Notes: generated by a model from the sequence alone, not told the origin. Numbered from the stretch's first letter, positions 9,877 through 18,243 are shown. The stretch is 50,269 nucleotides of DNA from a virus (IMGVR_UViG_3300020158_000005:64001-114269); one strand, 5' to 3'. Program-made: numbers and translations.

Positions 9877-10236
9877 ATGAAAAAAGTCTTATTAATTTTA
9901 GCTTTAAGCTTTGCAGCTTGTGAGCCTCTACCTAGTCCAGTGAACAAAATTATTGTGGTTCCAACACAACCAACAAACTCAGATGCTAAATATACAGCAA
10001 TGGGTACATTAAGTCTTTACACTACAGCAGAAGAAGCTTTTGCAAACCGTGTTTCAGGTGGTGCATACCATTTTATATATGGTGTAGTAAATGTACAAGA
10101 TAAAGTGTATACATCAGTATCTACTACCACTCCATTTAATGGACAAGGTAAATGGATATGTGTATCATTCGATGGGGGACATGTTTGGAAGTCAATTCAA
10201 GTGGATAATTATGGTGAAGTGTTACAGGTTCGTTAA
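9877..10236 (+). CDS. Lipoprotein carrying a domain related to the C-terminal module of the 8745-9524 protein
   Basis: MKKVLLILALSFAA-C lipobox; TTPFNGxG motif shared with 8745-9524. Confidence 0.7.
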   Translation: MKKVLLILALSFAACEPLPSPVNKIIVVPTQPTNSDAKYTAMGTLSLYTTAEEAFANRVSGGAYHFIYGVVNVQDKVYTSVSTTTPFNGQGKWICVSFDGGHVWKSIQVDNYGEVLQVR

Positions 10237-10296
10237 AATTTAAATAAAAAATGTTAAAGTTTCTAGTATATATACCAATTATTGTATATTGTTTAT

Positions 10297-10304
10297 TATA
10301 TTTG
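10297..10304 (+). promoter_or_regulatory. -7 promoter element TATATTTG
   Basis: TAnnTTTG in AT-rich intergenic DNA upstream of 10337. Confidence 0.5.
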
Positions 10305-10336
10305 TACTTTATTATTAAAACTTTAAAAAATAAAAA

Positions 10337-10612
10337 ATGAATTTTAAAATTGCAGATTTCAAAGTAGTGAACAAAGTAGCTAATACTCTATCTATAGATG
10401 TAAATAGCACAGTATTTGATGGTAAAGTAAGTGGAAATATTTCTTTATTAAATGTAGTAGATACATCTATTGATGGTATTCCTACTCCTATGCATATGTT
10501 ATATGGTTCAATTTACTCTGAACAATTTACTTTAGAAGTAACTCCGACAGATGATATTCCTTCTTTAGTGAAAAAAGCAGCAGCTCAACAATTAGGTGTA
10601 ACATATTTATAA
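10337..10612 (+). CDS. Hypothetical protein
   Basis: 91-aa ORF with A-rich leader. Confidence 0.65.
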   Translation: MNFKIADFKVVNKVANTLSIDVNSTVFDGKVSGNISLLNVVDTSIDGIPTPMHMLYGSIYSEQFTLEVTPTDDIPSLVKKAAAQQLGVTYL

Positions 10613-10616
10613 TTTT

Positions 10617-11234
10617 ATGAATGTATTAAAGAATCTACCCTATTTGATAATAGTGGTATTATTTGGAGTGGTAATGCTCCAAAGATGTGGTAAAACTCCA
10701 GAAGTAGCTAAACCTAAAATTGATACGGTAGTACGTATAGATACATTATATATACATGACACTGTTCCAGGTAAACCTATTTTAGTTTATTCTAAACCTG
10801 AAATTAAATGGAGAGATAGTATTCAATATATAGCTGATACAAGTTATGAAGGACTTTTAGCTCAATATGATGCTTTAGGGGATAAATATTTTTCTAGGAA
10901 TGTATATAAAACTCCTTTTAAGTTAGGTGTTTATGGGGATGCAACTGTAATAGATACTATTGTAGCAAATAAAATAATGGGTAATAATATATCATATAAT
11001 ATAAAAATACCAATTGTTACTAATACTATCACTATAAAAGAACCTTATAAACCTAAAAATCAGGTGTATTTTGGGGGTGGAATCAATGGTAATCAGTCGA
11101 GTTTAATTAATTCTGTGGAAATGGGATTCCTTTATAAGAATAAAAAAGACCAAATATTTGGTATAAAAGCCCAACAGTCATTTACATACGGACTTTCTTT
11201 CGGTGTAAATAGCTATTGGAAAATCAAATTCTAA
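10617..11234 (+). CDS. Membrane-anchored/lipoprotein, possible spanin-like lysis protein
   Basis: N-terminal hydrophobic segment ending LQRC, DT-x repeats, C-terminal amphipathic beta strands ending in Phe. Confidence 0.5.
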   Translation: MNVLKNLPYLIIVVLFGVVMLQRCGKTPEVAKPKIDTVVRIDTLYIHDTVPGKPILVYSKPEIKWRDSIQYIADTSYEGLLAQYDALGDKYFSRNVYKTPFKLGVYGDATVIDTIVANKIMGNNISYNIKIPIVTNTITIKEPYKPKNQVYFGGGINGNQSSLINSVEMGFLYKNKKDQIFGIKAQQSFTYGLSFGVNSYWKIKF

Positions 11235-11238
11235 TAAT

Positions 11239-11475
11239 ATGTTCCAAGAATTATCAAAAAGATGGAATGCAGAATCTCCTGCTTTCTTTAACAAAATTAA
11301 AAATTTCTGTATAGCTACAGGAGGAAGTGCATCAGCTATATTAGCTGCAGCGTCTGTACCAAACATTGTTGTACCAGCTATAGTGATTAAAATAGCTAGT
11401 TATATTGTAATTGCCTCTGCTGCAGCAGGAATAACAGCAAAAACCACTGTAAAAAACACAGAAGATTTAAAATAA
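11239..11475 (+). CDS. Small two-TM membrane protein, holin/antiholin-like
   Basis: 78 aa with two hydrophobic segments, in the lysis-like cluster. Confidence 0.55.
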   Translation: MFQELSKRWNAESPAFFNKIKNFCIATGGSASAILAAASVPNIVVPAIVIKIASYIVIASAAAGITAKTTVKNTEDLK

Positions 11476-11476
11476 A

Positions 11477-11508
11477 TTTGGTAAATTAAAATAGTTAATC
11501 TATATTTG
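11477..11508 (+). promoter_or_regulatory. Bacteroidota sigma70-type promoter TTTG-N20-TATATTTG
   Basis: Exact -33/-7 consensus and spacing upstream of 11528. Confidence 0.8.
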
Positions 11509-11527
11509 CCTAATAAATAAATATTTT

Positions 11528-11920
11528 ATGAGTACGTACAAAGATTTTAATGCGTTAGCTAAAAAGCTACAGGATGTAATTGGTAGTCAAGAGACTAAAG
11601 TACAAAAGAAAATTGTAAAGATTTTTGAAAAAATTAAACTAACTTTGGAAGCCTTTCAAGCTGCTGCTGACGAACTCCGTTTGGACAACGCATCAACAGA
11701 TGAAAAAGGTATTCTACTTTTAGACGACAAAGGTGGTTATAAGTTCTCTAAAGAAGGTTTGAAAACGCTTACTAAGCAAATTCAAGAATTAGAGAATAAA
11801 GAAGTTGACTTTAAACCACTTAATGTGGTAAACCCCCAAGGTTTGGAAACTTTTACCTTCTTAAAAGATTTTACCGTAGGTATTACTTTTGAAGAAGATG
11901 AAGAAGACGAAGAGCTTTAG
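11528..11920 (+). CDS. Hypothetical protein (helical, acidic tail)
   Basis: 130-aa ORF with own promoter and downstream hairpin. Confidence 0.7.
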   Translation: MSTYKDFNALAKKLQDVIGSQETKVQKKIVKIFEKIKLTLEAFQAAADELRLDNASTDEKGILLLDDKGGYKFSKEGLKTLTKQIQELENKEVDFKPLNVVNPQGLETFTFLKDFTVGITFEEDEEDEEL

Positions 11921-11940
11921 GATTAAATTATTAACTATAT

Positions 11941-11978
11941 AATATACCCTTTTCTGCCTAATGGTGGAAGGGTATATT
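11941..11978 (+). terminator. Putative intrinsic terminator
   Basis: AATATACCC...GGGTATATT stem extended by G-U pairs, followed by a T-rich tract. Confidence 0.5.
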
Positions 11979-11979
11979 A

Positions 11980-12618
11980 TTGTTTAATCCCACCACTGTT
12001 GAAATGAATTCAGATGTACAATCAGCTATAATAGCCGCAGCAGCCGTCTTACTAGCAAAACCAATTGAAAGTTTCTTTGAAAAAAGAAAACAAAAAAAAG
12101 AAGCACTTAAGGTATTAAATGAAAAATCTGACCTATCTGATGAAGATTATTACGACAAAATAGGAGAAGTATTGGGGGTTATACAAAAAGAAACACAAGC
12201 TCACCGAGTGTTTTATTTAGCAGCCCAAAATGGTGAAAAAACTTTAGATAACTATAGTATTAAAAAACTCTCTATAGTAGCAGAAGTTAATGCAGAAGGA
12301 GTGGATGAAATTATCCATCAAATGCAAAATGTTCCTGTTGTAACTTTTAAGAGAAAGATAAATCTATTAAAGTTAGCTCCTAGTGGTTATTCAGTGAGTA
12401 ATGAATCAGAACTCATAGATAGACTCAGTAGGATAAATGTTTCTTATGGTATGAATACCATGCTATCGTTTAAAGTGATGAACATTAAACATGGAGAACA
12501 TTGGACAGGGATATTATGTATAGGTTTTGAGGAGTGTGATAGACATTTAGCAGAAACTGAAATTGCTTGGTGTTCTGTACAAGCCGCAAGAGTAGAAACA
12601 ATCATATCTAAAATATAA
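11980..12618 (+). CDS. Holin-like protein: single N-terminal TM plus soluble GAF-like domain
   Basis: SAIIAAAAVLLA TM then basic residues; RVFYL...NG and WTGILCIGF strands resemble a GAF-type fold; true start may be the second Met. Confidence 0.5.
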   Translation: MFNPTTVEMNSDVQSAIIAAAAVLLAKPIESFFEKRKQKKEALKVLNEKSDLSDEDYYDKIGEVLGVIQKETQAHRVFYLAAQNGEKTLDNYSIKKLSIVAEVNAEGVDEIIHQMQNVPVVTFKRKINLLKLAPSGYSVSNESELIDRLSRINVSYGMNTMLSFKVMNIKHGEHWTGILCIGFEECDRHLAETEIAWCSVQAARVETIISKI

Positions 12619-12622
12619 AATT

Positions 12623-12775
12623 ATGTCAATACCAGCACAACCAATAGGTTTATCAGTAGAAGGAAAACTTCTGTACGAAATCCTTAAAAAACTGGACGCT
12701 ATCCTTACAGGAAGTATTAAAGTAAATGTTACTAACCCTGACACTGCTCCAGCAAACGTTAAAGTTATACCTTAA
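12623..12775 (+). CDS. Small hypothetical protein (50 aa, absent from ORF track)
   Basis: MSIPAQPIGLSVEGKLLYEILKKLDAILTGSIKVNVTNPDTAPANVKVIP; fills the intergenic gap with an A-rich leader. Confidence 0.65.
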   Translation: MSIPAQPIGLSVEGKLLYEILKKLDAILTGSIKVNVTNPDTAPANVKVIP

Positions 12776-12796
12776 TCAAATTAAAATAAAATAAAA

Positions 12797-13174
12797 ATGA
12801 CTCAGAACAAGAATCTTAAAGCCTATGCTCGCTACGACTCTCAAAACAGAATTGTATCTTCTAGTGTAGTGTTACGTACTAAAAAACCTTCAGGTAACTT
12901 TCAAGAAGTTAAAGGTTATTTGTGTTGCAATAAAATTTTTAGTGTTAGTGCTACTCCTACAGGTACTTTTACTACTACAACAACTATTACAGTAACTTGT
13001 GGTGGTACAGATTTACTATTAAGTGTGGTAAGTGACTTAGATTTAACTCCTGCTGAAATTGTAACTGCTTTATTACCTTACACTGCAGTGGGAACATTTT
13101 CTACAGATAATACATCTGTAACATTAACAGGTCCTATTTGCGATAATGCAACTCTTGCTATCGTAAAGGCATAA
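12797..13174 (+). CDS. Hypothetical phage protein
   Basis: LKAYARYD...IV.SSVVLR.KKP...CC N-terminal pattern I recognise from Bacteroidota phage late regions. Confidence 0.65.
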   Translation: MTQNKNLKAYARYDSQNRIVSSSVVLRTKKPSGNFQEVKGYLCCNKIFSVSATPTGTFTTTTTITVTCGGTDLLLSVVSDLDLTPAEIVTALLPYTAVGTFSTDNTSVTLTGPICDNATLAIVKA

Positions 13175-13184
13175 AAAATAACCT

Positions 13185-13589
13185 ATGGCAGATTTATTCG
13201 GCGGAATGAAATCTGGACTTACCCCAGAAATCGTAAAGGGAAAATTATTCTCTTTTCATAATACAGCACATTCTTTACATTTAGATACAAAAAGCTTTGA
13301 AGAACATGGAGCTTTAGGTAGTTTATATGAAGGATTAGCTGATTTTAAAGATGATATTCCCGAAAAATTAATGGGGTATATGGGAGGAAAAAGAATGGGA
13401 CAATGTAAATTAGACCCTCTTCCAGTATATTCTCCTACAGCATCCAGTGTATTATGCAGAGAAATTCTTGATTTCGCTAAGGAATTAAGTGACTATGCAA
13501 AGAAAAACTCTTATTTAGACATTGATAATATGTCGGCAGACCTTAGTGGACTAGCTGCAAAAACAATTTATCGTCTTAGCCTATCCTAA
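13185..13589 (+). CDS. Ferritin/Dps-like four-helix protein (DUF5856-like)
   Basis: H..AH..HL.TKSF.EH.AL..LY..L....D...EK.MG pattern. Confidence 0.65.
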   Translation: MADLFGGMKSGLTPEIVKGKLFSFHNTAHSLHLDTKSFEEHGALGSLYEGLADFKDDIPEKLMGYMGGKRMGQCKLDPLPVYSPTASSVLCREILDFAKELSDYAKKNSYLDIDNMSADLSGLAAKTIYRLSLS

Positions 13590-13879
13590 TGTGCACGATT
13601 ATTTTAAAAGGTACAGCAGCAGATGTTCTATTAGAGAACGAGAAAACATACATTAACTATTTGAGTGGTATATTAGATAGTTGTGACGAACTCGCTACAA
13701 CAGAAATAACTAGAAACCCCTCTACATATAGTTTTAGAATCGTGTGTTCAGCTCCTAAGTATTCTCAAATAGTGCTATCCCAACTACTTGATTTTCATAA
13801 TTTGCTTAATATAAAGCTTGACCTTTCTAAGTCAATTAGAAATGCAGGAACAATAAATTTTGAAATTACACTAAACTAG
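13589..13879 (+). CDS. Hypothetical protein
   Basis: 96-aa ORF, TAATG coupling. Confidence 0.65.
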   Translation: MCTIILKGTAADVLLENEKTYINYLSGILDSCDELATTEITRNPSTYSFRIVCSAPKYSQIVLSQLLDFHNLLNIKLDLSKSIRNAGTINFEITLN

Positions 13880-13889
13880 CGTATATTTG
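13859..13889 (+). promoter_or_regulatory. Promoter TTTG-N19-TATATTTG
   Basis: Exact consensus upstream of 13905. Confidence 0.75.
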
Positions 13890-13904
13890 TAAAAATATAT
13901 TACA

Positions 13905-14138
13905 ATGGCAAATGAACAGAAATATCAGTGGGAACCTGATGCAAAATTTGAACTTACAGGATTAGAATACAATCTTATCCTTGCAGCTACACAAGAATTC
14001 TTAAATTCTGCTGCGTCACAGCGTGTGCTTTTAATGCAACAAGCTAATATTATTCTAGAAAATAAGCTAAAAGAAGGAGTCGACAAAGGGATTGTACAAA
14101 CAATTGGAAGTTCTGAGACTAATTTGATTAACGAGTAA
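13905..14138 (+). CDS. Hypothetical protein
   Basis: 77-aa ORF, last gene of the + strand block. Confidence 0.7.
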   Translation: MANEQKYQWEPDAKFELTGLEYNLILAATQEFLNSAASQRVLLMQQANIILENKLKEGVDKGIVQTIGSSETNLINE

Positions 14139-14141
14139 ATG

Positions 14142-14169
14142 AAAAGGAGGGGTTAGTTCCCCTCCTTTT
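14142..14169. terminator. Bidirectional intrinsic terminator between convergent modules
   Basis: AAAAGGAGGGG-ttagtt-CCCCTCCTTTT perfect inverted repeat with A/T tracts on both sides. Confidence 0.9.
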
Positions 14170-14173
14170 TAAT

Positions 14174-14458
14174 TTATAAAACTCCCCAATCATTGGCTTG
14201 CATATCTGTTTGACTTGCTAACCATCCTGTAACATAAGTTTTATCTGCTGCCCACATATCAATGTGAGGGACAATTTTAAACTCTGTACAGCCCTCAGAT
14301 TCTAAGAATTCTTTAGTAAAATGTGTACCATCTCTTAGTTTATCTAGTGGTACTGAATATCCGCCTGCTTGCACAAGAAACATATTTTTACCATTCCAAC
14401 CACTTCTAGATACTTTTTTACCTTCTTTTAACGCTTGTATAGCTTCTCCAAAATTCAT
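14174..14458 (-). CDS. tad2: DUF2829/Tad2-like immune-signal sponge protein
   Basis: MNFGEAIQALKEGKKVSRSGWNGKNMFL...PHIDM...GWLASQTDMQANDW is the DUF2829 signature. Confidence 0.8.
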   Translation of the reverse strand: MNFGEAIQALKEGKKVSRSGWNGKNMFLVQAGGYSVPLDKLRDGTHFTKEFLESEGCTEFKIVPHIDMWAADKTYVTGWLASQTDMQANDWGVL

Positions 14459-14459
14459 A

Positions 14460-14825
14460 TTATATTTGTTCAGATAAGCTGTCCCCCTGTTTTATGTTAC
14501 TTCTTTTATCCATTTCCCTTGCGAAATCTATCCACTCTTGATATTTATCTGGTATTATACCATTATGTCTATTCGAGTGACAATCCCCACACACAAGAAG
14601 AATATTCCAAGTTTTAAAAGCTATATCTTTACGATGAGCTTTTTCTATTAAATGGTCCCAATAGATGGTTTTATTTTCCCCTACAAGGGGTGTGTCGCAT
14701 ATAAGACACCTTCTATTTTTAGGTTCTATCCTATCCCATAAACTTTGGAACCATTCGTGTAACTCTCTTGTGAATTCTTTTTTAGCTTGTAACCTCACCC
14801 CTGAGCTTTTTCTTTTTGTAAGCAT
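14460..14825 (-). CDS. HNH-family nuclease
   Basis: CLIC...WDHLI...NILLVCGDCHSNRH. Confidence 0.75.
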   Translation of the reverse strand: MLTKRKSSGVRLQAKKEFTRELHEWFQSLWDRIEPKNRRCLICDTPLVGENKTIYWDHLIEKAHRKDIAFKTWNILLVCGDCHSNRHNGIIPDKYQEWIDFAREMDKRSNIKQGDSLSEQI

Positions 14826-15153
14826 AATAGTACATTGTTGTTCGGTCTCGTTGTAAGATATTACTAGCTAGTTCTAAACTAAAATTGTGTCTAAATACAT
14901 ATGTAGAGTAGTCTACTAGCACTTTTCTCTCGTTAGATTTTAATTTACTGATTCTTTTAGTTCTGTCCATAATATCATCTACAGTGAGGTTGTATTTCTG
15001 ACAAAACTCCGCTAATTTAGCTCGTAATGTTTCCTCCTGGTTTATAGGTCTATTATGGGACATAAGCTCAAAATCTACAACTAATTTCTCTTGGAAAAGA
15101 TTTTCGTATTCTCTTTGAAACTCTTTTATTTTAGTTAGTCTTGTTATATCCAT
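14782..15153 (-). CDS. HTH protein resembling DnaA domain IV
   Basis: LASNILQRDRTTMYY resembles the DnaA G(G)RDHTTVxH signature. Confidence 0.45.
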   Translation of the reverse strand: MDITRLTKIKEFQREYENLFQEKLVVDFELMSHNRPINQEETLRAKLAEFCQKYNLTVDDIMDRTKRISKLKSNERKVLVDYSTYVFRHNFSLELASNILQRDRTTMYYYAYKKKKLRGEVTS

Positions 15154-15469
15154 ACGATTTCTTTTTAAAATATACTGTTTTACATAATGGTATAGCTGGT
15201 ATAATTACAAGATATATGTCTAAATCTCGTTTAAATTCTAGTTTTATTATCACCTTGAACAAATATCTACCATCTTCACTTAACAATCCTTTCACAATAT
15301 TCTGTTCTGTAATTCTAATAGAACGTGGATAGACTAATAAACTACCATTCATTCTTTCTTTTATTCTTTCTAAAGCATGCTTGCTGTAGTCTAATTCAAA
15401 GAAATCAGTACGATATTGGTATTTATTAGCTACTATCTCTTCTTTAAACACTTCTCGTATCTTTCCCAT
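15131..15469 (-). CDS. Hypothetical protein, possible RelE/DUF4258-like RNase fold
   Basis: YSKHALERIKER motif followed by beta strands; likely start MGKIRE at 15469. Confidence 0.45.
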   Translation of the reverse strand: MGKIREVFKEEIVANKYQYRTDFFELDYSKHALERIKERMNGSLLVYPRSIRITEQNIVKGLLSEDGRYLFKVIIKLEFKRDLDIYLVIIPAIPLCKTVYFKKKSYGYNKTN

Positions 15470-15470
15470 A

Positions 15471-15701
15471 CTATTTCTCCTTATTATACGCTTTAAACCC
15501 AGCTTTTGCATTATATAAGTCTACAAGAAAGTTGATTTTATTCTTCCATTCTTGGAGGGCGACTTTTTTGCGTCCGTCAGGTTTTTCTTCGTATAGTTTT
15601 TCTAATTCATCTCTTATATCTGCAGCATTAATATACTGTTTCTTATAGAGATTAATTTCATCTTCCCCTACTTCAAGGATAATGCTAGATTTCTTCTTCA
15701 T
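15471..15701 (-). CDS. Hypothetical protein
   Basis: 76-aa ORF in the operon. Confidence 0.6.
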   Translation of the reverse strand: MKKKSSIILEVGEDEINLYKKQYINAADIRDELEKLYEEKPDGRKKVALQEWKNKINFLVDLYNAKAGFKAYNKEK

Positions 15702-15834
15702 CTAAATTCCTCCTTTGTTTTTCCATTATAGCTGATAGAGTAGTAGCGTCATTGCTACTAAAATCTATATTCATAGAGATGAATTCATCTAAATGGTCAT
15801 TGTTAAGCGTGGATAAATAATTTTCTAAACTCAT
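15685..15834 (-). CDS. Small hypothetical protein (49 aa, absent from ORF track)
   Basis: MSLENYLSTLNNDHLDEFISMNIDFSSNDATTLSAIMEKQRRNLDEEEI fills the gap. Confidence 0.5.
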   Translation of the reverse strand: MSLENYLSTLNNDHLDEFISMNIDFSSNDATTLSAIMEKQRRNLDEEEI

Positions 15835-15866
15835 ATTATAAATTAAAAGAAAGATTTATTTCTTTC

Positions 15867-16295
15867 TTAAGTTCCAGTACTGCCGAATCCGCCAGTACCT
15901 CTTTCTGTAGAAGAAAGCTCGTCAACTAATATTAAATCCACATGAGGGAATGGGATAAACATAATTTGACCGATTCTGTCTCCAAATTGATAAATAGGTG
16001 GTAACTTAGATATTTCTTTATATCTAAATTTTACTGTATCTCTAAAATCTGAATCAATTATCCCTACAGAATTGCCTAGGATTAAATCCATTTTTGTATT
16101 ACTACTACGAGGGAATAATAGCCCCACAAAACCCATAGGTATTTCAAATGCAATTCCTGTATCATATTCCCAATAATTACCTTTTTCATTAAATACTGGT
16201 TCAGACATAGCAGTTAAATCCATACATGCAGCACCTTCACTAGCATAGAATGGTGTAGGGACTAAATCAAATGCTTTTTTATATTTAATAGTCAT
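15867..16295 (-). CDS. dut: Trimeric dUTPase
   Basis: AACMDL, PRSS, NSVGIIDSDFR, RIGQI and RGTGGFGSTG motifs. Confidence 0.95.
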   Translation of the reverse strand: MTIKYKKAFDLVPTPFYASEGAACMDLTAMSEPVFNEKGNYWEYDTGIAFEIPMGFVGLLFPRSSNTKMDLILGNSVGIIDSDFRDTVKFRYKEISKLPPIYQFGDRIGQIMFIPFPHVDLILVDELSSTERGTGGFGSTGT

Positions 16296-17424
16296 CAGCT
16301 TCTTTTGTTTTAGGTGATAATACTTCTTGTAAGTAATCTGTAGTAGCTAATTCCGCTTCTTGTAAATCAGACATATCTACAATTTCAATAGGTTCTTTAA
16401 TAGCAGCTAACACTTTATTTTCAATTTCTTTTAGTAACTCAGTGTTATCTAGTAAGAAAGCTTCTAATTGTCCTTGCCCTACTCCTAATTTACTACCTTC
16501 AAAAGAATACGTATTACCTGTCTTACCAATAATACCCTTTTCAATAGCTAATTCCATCACTTCCTTATAACGTTGAATTCCTTTTCCAAACTCTACATAA
16601 TATTCAAACTCTTTCCAAGGAATACACACTTTAGATTTAGTGATTTTACCTTTCACATAAATACCATAAACACCATCAGTATCCTTATCAATACTCTTAG
16701 TAATTTCTATTTTAAGAGCTTGTAAGTATTTCATAGCCTCACCTGCAGGTTCAATATATGGATTACCATATCCTCCTGGATTCATTCTATACTGATTTAA
16801 ATAAACGAAAGCTGACTTAGAAACACTCAAAGCAGCATTAATTGCTCTATAAGCCTTAGCCATAAGAGCAGCAATCCTACCTATTTGTACTCCTGCCATA
16901 CCTGATGTAATTTCAGCCATAGGAATAAGAGCAGCAACACTATCCATTACAACAATACCATAAAAATTACTCTTTAATAATTTACAAGTAATTTCAATCC
17001 ATTCTTCACCTGATACAATGTCTCTGTCTTTTACACCATTAGCTTTAAGCAAAGATTCTCGGTCTACTAAATCCAATAAGTCAAGATTTACCCCTAAACT
17101 CTTAGCATACTCTAAATCTAATGTACCTTCTACATCACAAAATGCACAACGATTACCTTTCTTTTGGTCTTCTGCTATAATATGTAGAGCCAATGTAGTT
17201 TTACTACTACTTTCCTTACCTAAAATACAAGTGGTTTTTCCTCCTTTAGGAATTCCCAACCCACCTGTAGCTAAATCCAATGTTAAACTACCTGTACTAC
17301 ACCATTCAGCGACCTCTTCCATTTGTTTAGAAGATGCCGCTACAATAGTACCTTTTCCAAATAGTTCTTCTAGTTGTTTTAGTCTTTCGTCAACGTTAAT
17401 TTCTGATTTCTTGCTTTTTGCCAT
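16285..17424 (-). CDS. recA: RecA-like recombinase
   Basis: STGSLTLDLATG.GIP.G, GKESSSKTT Walker A, DSVAAL, NQYR, GEAMKY, KSKV..P, GVGQG. Confidence 0.93.
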   Translation of the reverse strand: MAKSKKSEINVDERLKQLEELFGKGTIVAASSKQMEEVAEWCSTGSLTLDLATGGLGIPKGGKTTCILGKESSSKTTLALHIIAEDQKKGNRCAFCDVEGTLDLEYAKSLGVNLDLLDLVDRESLLKANGVKDRDIVSGEEWIEITCKLLKSNFYGIVVMDSVAALIPMAEITSGMAGVQIGRIAALMAKAYRAINAALSVSKSAFVYLNQYRMNPGGYGNPYIEPAGEAMKYLQALKIEITKSIDKDTDGVYGIYVKGKITKSKVCIPWKEFEYYVEFGKGIQRYKEVMELAIEKGIIGKTGNTYSFEGSKLGVGQGQLEAFLLDNTELLKEIENKVLAAIKEPIEIVDMSDLQEAELATTDYLQEVLSPKTKEADDY

Positions 17425-17467
17425 AGTTATTTATTTATGTAAATTTAAGAAATTTATCTCAAATTTC

Positions 17468-17713
17468 CTAGTTAATAACGACACAATTTATGTCTTCTTT
17501 CTTAATTTTTGACTCTTCTGTACCATCCCAATATCCTTCTATATCCATCGAATACACATGAATATCTTCTACTTTAGCAGGAGTGGGTTCATTATGTACT
17601 TTATAATAACTATTACCTTCATCATCCATACTGTATATACAAGGAAGATTACCAAATTCAGGATTTTCTATTAGCATTTCTGTAATGCATTCATGTAATT
17701 TTCTTAATGTCAT
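17468..17713 (-). CDS. Hypothetical protein
   Basis: 81-aa ORF, DDEGNSY motif. Confidence 0.65.
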   Translation of the reverse strand: MTLRKLHECITEMLIENPEFGNLPCIYSMDDEGNSYYKVHNEPTPAKVEDIHVYSMDIEGYWDGTEESKIKKEDINCVVIN

Positions 17714-17913
17714 ATTAATTCTATTTCATCTTTTACTTTAGTCCAATATTGGAATCCTCTATCAGCCCCCATATCACTTAATATATTCTTTACTACTTCT
17801 AAAGCAGCTCTTTTACTATATTCTATTACTATAGAAGGAGGATACCTCCCATATTTAAACATATTGTAAAAGAAGTCATATAATTCTTTAGCTTTTTGTT
17901 TAGCACTTATCAT
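17710..17913 (-). CDS. Small protein of the 'PKEKAKEL' paralogue family (divergent copy)
   Basis: AKQKAKEL...KRAALEVVKNIL...YWTKVKDEIELI. Confidence 0.65.
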   Translation of the reverse strand: MISAKQKAKELYDFFYNMFKYGRYPPSIVIEYSKRAALEVVKNILSDMGADRGFQYWTKVKDEIELI

Positions 17914-18230
17914 ATATCACTTTTTAATTCCCACTCAGATTTCCAAGTGGATTCTTTTGTATCAAAATCTGTCCATCCCCATGTAAATTTAGCTATTTTA
18001 ACGTCTCCACTGCAATACTCATTTACCCATAACCATTGTTCCCAATATTCATCGGTTCCTTTTACGCAATATATTCCAAAAAATAGCCATTCAAATATGA
18101 AAGTAGGGGGTTTTTCGCATCTAGGGCTACCCCACTTATCTTTCCACAATAATCCATGTTTCACTACATCAGGTATCCATACCCACTTGTAATTTTTATA
18201 CCACGTTATAGTCCATTTAGCTTTTTTCAT
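17910..18230 (-). CDS. Trp-rich hypothetical protein
   Basis: 106-aa ORF overlapping the next start. Confidence 0.6.
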   Translation of the reverse strand: MKKAKWTITWYKNYKWVWIPDVVKHGLLWKDKWGSPRCEKPPTFIFEWLFFGIYCVKGTDEYWEQWLWVNEYCSGDVKIAKFTWGWTDFDTKESTWKSEWELKSDI

Positions 18231-18243
18231 AACATAAAATTAA

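Noticed and set aside
492-10236. Diversity-generating retroelement acting on the fibres
   Set aside because: No reverse transcriptase in the window and no TR/VR pair differing only at adenines; shared blocks differ at all base types
17018-17512. 164-aa + strand ORF opposite recA (and similar antisense ORFs at 1799-2020, 20691-20936, 28714-28950, 27733-27981)
   Set aside because: Shadow frames of well-supported genes, with no motifs or initiation context
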